Assembly (NCBI GenBank): GCA_040954595.2
Contig: CM082595.2
Span: 9,088,067-9,152,066, forward strand
From: Balanoglossus misakiensis
Lineage: Eukaryota > Animalia > Hemichordata
Reading direction: 5' to 3'
DNA length: 64,000 nt
Under the pieces are notes generated by a model. The model did no database searches. It saw only the letters and a list, made by a program, of their open reading frames with translations, and had not been told where the DNA came from. This document shows, piece after piece, positions 13,549 to 22,904 of this stretch. The first letter of the stretch is position 1. The number at the start of each line of letters is the position of its first letter. A program made the position numbers and the translations under genes.

Positions 13549-13623
13549 CTGTCAGAACAAGGATCACAATGATAAGAATGCATGCAGACAAATACTTAAA
13601 CTCATAAATGTCAGTTGTTTTAA

Positions 13624-13847
13624 AGTGAAGGGGTCGTCGCAATGCGTTTGTTTATAAACATTACAATTCATCCACAAATCCCTCAAATAAGATAATTCTT
13701 AGAATGAACGAAGCAGCTGACAGTATCCTAGACTGTCCATGACAGCAACTGAAGATCCTAGTACGTCGTGGCTGTCTAATTTCAGGGATTTGTGGATGAA
13801 TTGCAATGTTTATAAACAAACAAACGCAGTGCGACGACCCCATCACT
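13624..13847. mobile_element. MITE with ~70-bp TIRs and TTAA-type flanks
   Basis: TTAA|AGTGAAGGGGTCGTCGCA.TGCGTTTGTTTATAAACATT...AATGTTTATAAACAAACAAACGCAGTGCGACGACCCCATCACT|TTAT; a fragment of the same family is at 9485-9535. Confidence 0.75.
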
Positions 13848-14067
13848 TTATTGAGTGTGATACAAGAGTGTTGCCATTCCTGTCAATGGTCCAAAATTGC
13901 ATTGCAATTGTAAGAAATTACTGTCTCTGTTTTTCCAGCTCTTTGAAGTTTCGTAAAAATTCAAAAACATTTGCACCTTTCAATTAATGACTCTAAATCA
14001 CAAGGAATAAAGGGAGAGTGTGTTTCTAAGAATTCTGTAACAACTTTTTCTGAAATGTTAGTAAGTT

Positions 14068-14277
14068 ACTGTAAAACACTTTATTTTCGCGAGCAAGAGA
14101 TTTTCGCGAAATACGCGAGAGCCAAAATAGCGTGAAAATAAAAAGTTGCGTAATTTTTTTGAAGATAAAGATGCAATGAATGAAATAAGAGAACGCGAAA
14201 ATTAACACTGGCGAAACAGTGGCCTCTCTCGATGTCGCGAAAAATTTCAACTCGTGAAAATAAAGTGTTTTACAGTA
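14068..14277. mobile_element. TA-flanked MITE family (TACTGTAAAA...TTTTACAGTA); further copies ~11240-11455, 14506-14700, 14747-14955, 18215-18257, 20245-20438
   Basis: TIR TACTGTAAAACACTTTATTTTC...GAAAATAAAGTGTTTTACAGTA with internal TTTTCGCGAAA motifs. Confidence 0.8.
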
Positions 14278-14284
14278 TGTGTAC

Positions 14285-14468
14285 CTGGTGAAAATGAAGC
14301 CCTGAATCCTTTAGCTGGTCGTGTTCTACTACTCCTGAACACAACCGAAAAGTGTCCAATGTCTGTACGGCAATCGGGTGGTGGCACAGTGCCATCAATG
14401 ACTCCATCAGAATTGCCACTCCATGGACCAATAATGACATCATCATCACTCTCAGTAACATTGTATAC
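14285..14468 (-). CDS. uif-like exon, second half of CUB3 (VYNVTES...FRSSRTRPAKGFRASFSP)
   Basis: gaag| and |gtacac, 184 nt, phase 0-1. Confidence 0.88.
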
Positions 14469-15121
14469 CTTCAGAAACAAAGACAAATTAAGCATGCATT
14501 GTAAATACCGTAAAACGGGAAATCTTCACAACAGGAAATTTTCGCGATATCAAAGGTGGCTACTGTTACGCGACAATTAATTTTCACATTGGCATATTTT
14601 ACTGCATTGTTATCTCTGAAGCATTTTAAGCGACTTTTTATTTTCATATTTTTTGGCTCTCACATAGTTTACGAAAATTTATCGTTCACGAAAATTTTAT
14701 AGTATTCAATCCTTGTTGCATTTCCTGCTGTAACAGCTACTCAACATACTGTAAAATGGGAAATGTTCGCAAACAATAAATTTTCGCGATCTACGTGAGA
14801 GCCATCAAAACATGAAAATAAAAAGTTGCGTAAAAATGTTTTTCGGGGATAATGATGCAGTGAAATACAAGAACGTGAAAAGTTATTGTTGCATAACACT
14901 TGCCTCTTTTGATAACGCGAAAATTTCATGTTGCAAAAGTATCCCGTTTTACAGTATATATGTGATTAATTAAATTTCCAAATTGTGTTCCAAAGTTGTA
15001 TAGTTTGAAGTAATGTCTGCCAAAATTGTCAAACTAAAATCACTGCAAAATAATATGACAAATTTTTTAATATGACAAATATTTTTAACATGGCTGACTC
15101 ATGATCATATCTGATACTCAC

Positions 15122-15306
15122 AATGATGTAATCAACATCTGTGTTCCTCTCTAATCCAAAGTTCTCATCAAAGATAAGAGTTAATGGTCTTCCAGTTGGT
15201 TCCTTGATTAACCAGCTACACATAACATCATCAGGGTAAGTGCTAACATCATACCCTGGTGACTGAATCGTGCCAAAACTACGCAGAATTTCAATTCCCT
15301 GGCAAC
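15122..15306 (-). CDS. uif-like exon, first half of CUB3 (GCQGIEILRSFGTIQSPGY...CSWLIKEP...DYII)
   Basis: aag| and |gtgagt, 185 nt, phase 1-0. Confidence 0.9.
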
Positions 15307-15514
15307 CTTTAAAGAAACAAGTGACCTATCGGTCAAAAGAGCTCTGCTGACTTTAACAGTGAAACCTATAGCTGGGCAATGATATGAATACCCTAGGTTT
15401 TAATCATAACAATTGTATTCTATTAAACAAAACCAAACATAGACATCACAAGTATTTAATATCCACATTCAGCCTGATTCATTGTGCTAAAGAAAGAAAG
15501 AATTTATTCCTAAA

Positions 15515-16062
15515 GAACAACATCAAAAGGAAGTACCAAGGTACTAATTTGCATATTCATGACCCGATCAAAATTCCAATAAAACAAAATCAGGTAGGGG
15601 CACCATAACACACATTCTACCAAATTTCAGCTCCATCGTACATGTAGTTAGGGAGAAGAAGATTTTTTACCAAAAATTATATTTTTAGATCTAATTTGCA
15701 TATTCATGACCCGATCATATCCAAATTTATGAAATCAGGTAGGGGCACCATAACACACATTCCTGCCAAATTTCAGCTCCATCGTACATGTAGTTAGGGA
15801 GAAGAAAATGTTTGACCAACATTCTATTTTAGATCTAATTTGCATATTTATGACCCCATCAAATCCAAATTTACAAAATCAGGTAGGGGCACCATAACAC
15901 ACATTCCTACCAAATTATAGCTAAATATGCAATGTCGTTTTAACGAAGAAGATTGAAATACCGAAAGTTGACGGACGACGGACAACGGACGCCGGACGAC
16001 AGACGGACACTTATCAACCTACTGCTACAGCTTGGCTGACACAAGTGACAGCCAAGCTAAAA
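15515..16062 (+). mobile_element. Non-autonomous Helentron/HINE-like element with three ~145-bp tandem core repeats, a (GACG)n-like tract and a 3' stem-loop
   Basis: TAATTTGCATATT.ATGACCC recurs at ~15546, 15692 and 15836; GACGGACGACGGAC at 15969-16008; hairpin AGCTTGGCTG-ACACAAGTGA-CAGCCAAGCT followed by AAAAA. Confidence 0.7.
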
Positions 16063-16440
16063 ATACCAAACAAGGAATAATGAATTCAATCCACAGGTTT
16101 GGTGTAATCCTGGCTGCCTTTTATTTTGTGCTAGGGGATCAAATCACATAATAATTGCCTTCTGGATAAAAAGTCGTACGCGACAGAAGAAATGACTGTT
16201 AACTGTATATGACTTCCTTAGGTCAAACCTTTCTGTCGTTATACATGTAGTTATCAAATTAAACTCATTTAACTTTTTTCACATTTTGTTATTTTTTCTG
16301 TTAAAAAGTTCCATAATGACCCAGTATCAGATTAGCTTATATTATAAACTTCCAGAAAGAATGGCAAAAGAAGATAGATCTGTGATCCTTACAATTCTTA
16401 CTGGGTTGAAATTCTTTGGGAATGATTTTAAGTGATTTAA

Positions 16441-16789
16441 AGGGACAAAGTTTCTCTCACTCGCTGCCCTTTTTCCATTAACTATGTTTGATACAAGACA
16501 CTGTTTATGTTATTCTACATGTGGATATATAGTGAATCAACATTCAACCACGCACAACTTCCATCCCGTTTGTAGGATATGAGAGTAAAAATATTGCCAA
16601 AATGAATAAACGGTAGAGACAAATTATTCATTTTGGCGAGTTTTTTCACTCTTGTGTCTACAAGTGGGATGGAAGTTGTTTGTGGTCAAACGTTGTTTCA
16701 ATATATATCCACATGTAGAATAACATAAACGCTGTATTGTATCATCATAATTCCTGGAAAAAGGGTAGCGAGAGAGAGTGTTTGTCCCT
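16441..16789. mobile_element. ~350-bp foldback MITE with TTAA TSD (Kolobok-like); copies at 17192-17467, 35642-35932 and ~36731-37022
   Basis: TTAA|AGGGACAAAG.TTCTCTC..TCGCTGCCCTTTT...AAAAGGG.AGCGAGAGAGAG..TTTGTCCCT|TTAA with >100-bp inverted arms. Confidence 0.85.
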
Positions 16790-16874
16790 TTAAAACATTG
16801 TTCTCTTGCATCATGAATCCTTGATTGCCTCTTCATTCAAACAACGTCTTGATCAATTTGAATGCGTTACCTAC

Positions 16875-17076
16875 CTGCCCAGTAATGTACATGAAAACCT
16901 CTCATTGTAACTGCATCATCACTCTTAATGTCAACTCTCATCATACTTTTGGAAGATATGATGACATTGGGTAACTCCATCCCAGAAAATAAAGCAAGTC
17001 TGAGGGCAGGATTCAGTTCAGCGCCATCGTATACAGACACTTGATCAGCCCCATCTTCTGTTGCAAAGGAGATAAA
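16875..17076 (-). pseudogene. uif-like exon, second half of CUB2 (FISFATEDGADQVSVYDG...GFHVHYWA); acceptor reads CCG
   Basis: Same length (202 nt) and phase as the paralogous CUB1 exon, but preceded by tcttttccg instead of tcttttcag; donor |gtaggt. Confidence 0.8.
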
Positions 17077-17836
17077 CGGAAAAGATATAAAAAATAGCAT
17101 CAAAGACACTTTGCTCCTATTTGCTATGTACATTTAAATGTGACATACCGTACAATCATAGTGATCACAATTTCCTACACAAAACCATTAAGGGGCAAAG
17201 TCTCTCTCTCTCTCGCTGCCCCTTTTCCATTAATTATCGTTTGATTATCGTTTATGTTATTCTAGATGTGGATATATAGTGAATCAACATTCCATCCCGC
17301 TTCATTTTGGGCGAGATTTTTACTCTCATATCCTAAAAATGGGATGGAAGGTGTGTGTGGTCGAATGTTGATTCACTATATATCCTCATGTAGAATAACA
17401 TAAACGGTGTCTTGTATCAAACATAATTAATGGGAAAAGGGCAGCGAGAGAGAGAGACTTCGTCCCTATAAGGACACCTTTAGCATTGATGAGGTAATAT
17501 AAGAATACATCTGATAAAGAATATTTTCACATCCCAATAAACCAAAATCCAAAACAACTGGAAGAGCCGTTTCTGACATAAGTGGACTTTTGGACCAAAA
17601 ATGTCTAAAACTACCCACCCCCCTCCTCCCCAGTATTGATATTTGTCACATGTTTATGTACACCATAATAACAAATATTGTAGGTCCTTGTAAACCAAAT
17701 TTTAAGAAATCGGAAAAGTGACTACTGAGAATTGACCAGAAATGACAAAAATAAAATGTATTTTTAAAAATATAATTACTAATTTTTGTCATGCTGTAAA
17801 ACAACTCACACGATTAATTGCATCTGAATCCACTAC

Positions 17837-17988
17837 CTGTAAAGTGACAACAAATTCTGTTGTGAATGATGCCAGCTGTCAGTTACAATCTTCATTGTTG
17901 AGATAATTCTTGCCTTCAAAATATTCTGTACTGCTGAGATTCTGTTTATATGACTGTGCTATGAAATTCCCACCACACAAAGAATACA
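17837..17988 (-). pseudogene. uif-like exon, first half of CUB2 with in-frame TGA (VYSLCGGNF...NNEDCN*QLASFTTEFVVTLQ)
   Basis: tttcag| and |gtagtg, 152 nt, phase 1-0; TGA at 17879-17881 occupies the conserved Trp position of CxW. Confidence 0.85.
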
Positions 17989-18281
17989 CTGAAAGAAAGA
18001 AGAAGTCATCTTAACAGAAACACTTCACAAACAGGACATCAGCAAGATCACAGTCGAGGTAGGGCAAATATTGCCTACATGTGCAATCTATAATGTTATA
18101 CCAGGTTCACGTAGGGTAAAATTCGAAACGTTTCAGAGACACTATTTGCCTAAGGTAAACACAGAGCATTAATGCTTTTAGTTGCCTTGTGTCCACACAT
18201 GCAAAGTTTATGTGTAGTTCGCGAAAATTTATCGTTTGCGAAAATTTCCAGTTTTACATTATGTATAAAACTTGGTATTAC

Positions 18282-18483
18282 CTGCTTGCCAAGATGCTTC
18301 AAAGCCAGTAGCAGTATGCGAACTATCTGAGAGAAATTTCACCAACATTGCATTACCACTGCTAATAACTTCATCAGGCTGGTCCGGTCCACTGTATGTG
18401 GCAAGAACTTTGGATGAGTCAAACACAGACACCTCGACAATGACAACAGTATCATGATAAAGTTCAGTGTCAAAATGTAGAAA
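18282..18483 (-). CDS. uif-like exon, second half of CUB1 (FLHFDTELYHDTVVI...GFEASWQA)
   Basis: ttttcag| and |gtaata, 202 nt, phase 0-1; FDTE..D, YSG, F.SD....GF motifs. Confidence 0.9.
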
Positions 18484-18575
18484 CTGAAAAGAATAAAAAA
18501 TGTCACAACACACATCATAAATAGTGAGCTGTCTCAAGCCAATATACATGAAAATAAACACAGTTTCATGACTTA

Positions 18576-19555
18576 AGCCCCATTAGCTGTAACTTTTTGC
18601 ATTTTTCAGTATTTCTATTCTGTGTATCAATTATAGTTTCTTGTTCAGCTACGCAGGGCAGAGTTAAATCCATAGTCTTAACTTCTCAACGAAACCTATG
18701 AGGGCACAATCGGCATTGTTGTTGTTTGAAAACATTCGTAAATAATAACAACAGTCAGTACACATACACATGACTCGTTGACAAGCAGAGAGCTGGGTGT
18801 GATGGGTTACTCATGAGGAGAGGAACAAGAAAAAGTGTTTAATTTAAATAATAACACATGATAGCGAGGGCAATATCACGATTTGAAGCCTGCATAAGGG
18901 ATGGTGATCTCTGACCATAATATTGATGATGCCCGAGCCGCAGGCGAGGGTATCATCAATATTTTGGTCAGAGATCACCAGCCCGAGGGCAGGCTTCAAA
19001 TCGTGATGTTGCCCGAGCATAATGTGTTATTAATTTTATTACGCCGAACATTTGAACGTACATACACTGCAGCATGTAGCATGTAGACTCGCGTCCATAT
19101 GTCGTACGTTGCTGAGAATGTAAAATGTCTCGATCTCCCAAGAATTATACGATACCTACTTCGAACTTAGATTATTTTGAAAATACTGCGCTGTTGGTTG
19201 CGATTTTTGTGTATTTACTGCCCGTTTGCAGTAAAATATCATCCAGTAGAACAGGTGTTAAGCCTGTGTGTCGCTTTGAAGCCATATAGATGCGGGAGTT
19301 GACTGATCGTGAAGGAAGCCATTGAACGACAGTTTGGAACGCGCAGAAGTCGTGCCCAGAACACCAAAACAACCAAGTGGGCAATATCAGCGCACGCGAC
19401 AGGGCTTTATCAACTCTAGCCATGTTATATCACTTTTTTTTCTATATCACGTGAGCGCGTCTCAGCCAATCACGAAAACGGTATAATACGTGAGGTGTAA
19501 TAAACACAAAACAAAATTACTGATAAACTAGCCTGAAGTTATAGATAATGGCCCT
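18576..19555. mobile_element. TTAA-flanked element apparently containing a second palindromic element (~18848-19503)
   Basis: TTAA|GCCCCATTAGCTGTAACT...AGTTATAGATAATGGCCCT|TTAA; internal ~185-bp palindrome at 18848-19032. Confidence 0.55.
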
Positions 19556-19798
19556 TTAATTCAAAAGTTTACCAAAAATCATGTTTGTTATAAGGAAGAA
19601 AAAAATCAAATTATTTTTTTTTTAGTTGAAATGAATTTAAATCTAATACATGTGTCTGTTTTTTTTTAAAAGTGTTTGTATGTCGAATGGACGGGAAAAG
19701 GTGTTTTGTATAGGCAGGTTTCCAGATTAGACAGAGTTAGTGGTTTATGCAAGTTTTACTGTAAAAAATAACTGGTTTTGGAATTTGACAGTTTACAA

Positions 19799-19932
19799 GT
19801 GAGCACTTATTCTGGATGTTGCAGGTCCCTGGATTGTCCAAATACATTCTTGTAGAATGTAATAATTATCATCTGGGTATCCAGTGCTGTGAAAGGTCCC
19901 CGATTCACCAGTTTCCAAACCACCACATGTTC
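19799..19932 (-). pseudogene. uif-like exon, first half of CUB1 (GTCGGLETGESGTFHSTGYPDDNYYILQECIWTIQGPATSRISAH); donor missing
   Basis: attcag| acceptor; CGG...S.GYP...C.W.I CUB motif; no GT at the expected phase-0 end and the frame reads into TTG TAA. Confidence 0.8.
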
Positions 19933-20685
19933 CTGAATATCATTAAAATAAAAAGAAAGAGTATGTTTGTGTGATGAATGGTCATAAAGATTCAGCTCAT
20001 CAAGTTGACGAAATTTCATTGATGATAAAATTACTTCACCAACAGTGAGTATCCAATGTACATGTATAAAACAATGTTTGTATTAGTATAAATCAAATGT
20101 AAAAATTTTGAAACGACATTTATCACACCCGAAAATTCCAAGAACCGCATATTATGATTCTCTAAGCTCAAACTATCAGTGTGACAGATGCCAGATTCTT
20201 AAAATACTTGGCCCAGTTTTGTTTCTGATTTATATTTATGACATACTGTAAAACAGGAAATTTTTCATGATATCAAAAGTGGCAACTGTTATGCGATGAT
20301 TGATTTTCGCATTCTCATATTTCACGGCATTGCTATCTTCGAAAAACATTTTGACACAACTTGTTTATTTTCGCGTTTTTTTGGCTCTCGCATAGTTCGC
20401 AAAAATGTATCGCTCGCGAAAATTTCCTGTTTACAGTACAAAATTCTTTGAGGATCAGACTTTCTGCTGACAGTTCAAAAGTAGTCTTTAGTTGCAAAGG
20501 AGATGATCATACAAATAACCATACAATTAATGAGTGGAATTATCTAGCGACAACTGGCCTCAATTTTGAATTTCAAATATAACACCATTCTGCACCCAAG
20601 GAGACATCACATGATCTGATCCCCCTTGTTTAACTTTTAGTGGTGAGCTCTTCCAAGTACATCTTGTATTGCTTAGGGGACTCTA

Positions 20686-20982
20686 ACTCTCTCTCCTTCC
20701 CTCCCTTCCACCCCCTCCCCCTCCCTCTCTAGCTCTCTCCCTCCCCTCTCCCGCCCCTCTCCCTCCCCTCTCCCGCCCCTCTCCCTCCCTCCCACCCCTC
20801 TCTAGCTCTCTCTCCCTCCCTACCCCCCTCTACCCCTCCCTCTCCCTCGAGTTCTCTCTCCCCCTCTCCCTCACTACCACCCTCCCTCCCTCCCTCCCTG
20901 TCACTCTCCAGCTCTCTCTCCCTCCCCTCTCACTCTCCCCTCCCAGCCTCTCCCTCCCGCTCTTTTGCACACACTCTCTCTT
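20686..20982. repeat. Polypyrimidine (C/T) low-complexity tract
   Basis: ~300 bp almost entirely C/T, built of CCCTC/CTCTC units. Confidence 0.9.
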
Positions 20983-21076
20983 AGTATATATATTGGGAGG
21001 TGACTACAGCAGTGCGAGAAAAGTAAAGACCTGATGCGAGTAAGGGAAGATTCTAGCTGATTTGAATCAGACTTAC

Positions 21077-21292
21077 CTTCAGCACAAGCTGCTACTTCAC
21101 ACATTGACAGACTGACATCATCACATCTTGCATGATACAATGGGTAATTATTTTCAAAGAGGTTTAACCTCACACATTGCCCAGTGGAGGCATCAGGTTC
21201 TGTGTCTGCCCATCGACCATCAAAGACACTACCTTTCCTGCCATCTGAATAATCATATTCCACACTGCCATCTCGATTGGGTCCACTAAATC
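21077..21292 (-). CDS. uif-like exon, C-terminal half of C-type lectin (...RWADTEPDASTGQCVRL...ARCDDVSLSMCEVAACAE)
   Basis: ttatag| and |gtaagt, 216 nt, phase 1-1; W...EP...CV and C.....MCE motifs. Confidence 0.9.
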
Positions 21293-21328
21293 CTATAAAA
21301 TGGAAATAAAGAAAGAAGATGCATACAG

Positions 21329-21521
21329 CAGTGTTTCATCCAGGATGGGGGGGGGGATATGTCCCCCTTTGCTTGAATAGTTGCACTCTTGCAAGGAGGG
21401 GAATGAGTGACATCGCTGAGTCTGTAAGGGGCACCATTTCCCCCTTGACAAATTTCTAGGGGGGTGCCAACATGCTGACAGTGGGCGAATTCCCTCATCC
21501 CTCCATCTGGATGAAAAACTG
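21329..21521. mobile_element. 193-bp MITE with CAG...CTG termini and 7-bp TSD CATACAG (P- or hAT-type)
   Basis: CATACAG|CAGTGTTTCATCCAG...CTGGATGAAAAACTG|CATACAG. Confidence 0.8.
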
Positions 21522-21734
21522 CATACAGAGTCACTTAATAGCAAGATTTTGTGAGGTTATTGAGATGTAAAAAATAGGCTTTTCAATTACCATCTTGAGA
21601 CAATTATCATTCAAGTGTTACTATGCAGTGCTTACTTGTAAACTGTCAAATTCCAAAACCAGTTATTTTTTACACTTGATACACCCACAAATTATTTGGG
21701 AACACTGACAAACACTGTTAAAAGACACACTCAC

Positions 21735-21853
21735 CAATCCAACCATGGTTCGCTGTTTCATTGGAAGTCTCTTCAATCTGGTTTACAATCTCTGCTCCAG
21801 CATAACGATTTTCAGAATAACCCTCAATTACTGTCAAGTGCCCACCATAAAAT
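21735..21853 (-). CDS. uif-like exon, C-type lectin (FYGGHLTVIEGYSENRYAG...NHGWIG)
   Basis: tttcag| and |gtgagt, 119 nt, phase 2-1; GxL..I....EN and WIG motifs. Confidence 0.85.
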
Positions 21854-22588
21854 CTGAAAATAAACCAATTTATAACACATCAAACATGTTCCAAACTAAT
21901 TTCGAAATTCCAGTCCGTGAATAATACATTTCCTCTTTGAAAACATTTAATATTGGTGAATAAGAGGTTCATAAATGTATAACATTAGATTTTTGTTTGT
22001 AAAGTCTATATTTTGTGTTACACCTTTCCAATAAGTGTGTGATTAGTGTAGATTTCGGCAGAATTTCTGGGAAAAAAGAATCTGTGAAAAATTCACCTGA
22101 ATTTTGGGGAGAAAAAAAATTGCTGAACGTTTCCTTTGAATAAAAAAGTTCAGCTTATTTCTTTTAGAGAAAACATGACAATTTCCAGGAAATGGCTGTT
22201 GTTGTTTTTTTTTTGGTGTGAATAAACTTAAAAGACAAATTCTGATACAGTTGCATCAAGGTGATGGAAGAAAATCCCAGATTAACAGGATATTTGGAGA
22301 ATTTATCCAGAATTTCAAAATTAGTTCGAAATGTGACATTGTGTTATCAATGATCTGTGTTGAGCAGTCGAACGATGAACGGGTAGTTGACAATTCCCAC
22401 GAGCACACCCGTATCTTTCCTCGGTAGTTGCGCCGGGCCGGTCGGCAATGTAACAGAAAAAGTGGTACGATATGCCAGCTGAGCCGTCGCTAGTCTACAA
22501 TTCCGAGTCTACAAGGCCGTCTCTAACTAAAAATTATAATAACTATCGAGGTACGTGACAATTATATCAGCGAATGTGGGGCTGGGGG

Positions 22589-22904
22589 TTGCTGCAGTTT
22601 GCAGCCCCTCCATCTCCCCTGGACGATATTTGTTTTTGCGGGGCTGCAGGTCCCAGCTATTCTAAACCGCACAACGAGCGACCGGGATTTGGGCCCGGAG
22701 CGAATTTCTACACTCCAGACGTCTCCAGTCCACAATTTTCCACAATTTTTTCGCCAAATCGGTCCCGGAACCCATACAGCGCTTACCTGGCAAAGGATGT
22801 CGCGGTATTTGTCGATTTTGCCTACGTTTTCCCCAGTTATTCAACTTCAATCGGCAAAACCAAAACTCGTTCAGGGGAGATGGAGGGGCTGCAAACTGCA
22901 GCAA
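22589..22904. repeat. ~38-bp inverted repeat pair enclosing ~240 bp (probable MITE remnant)
   Basis: TTGCTGCAGTTTGCAGCCCCTCCATCTCCCCTG.ACGA and its reverse complement at 22867-22904. Confidence 0.7.

Noticed and set aside
17879-17881. TGA as selenocysteine, readthrough or an alternative genetic code
   Set aside because: It replaces a conserved Trp (TGG to TGA), other Trp codons in the gene are TGG, and independent lesions nearby favour simple decay.
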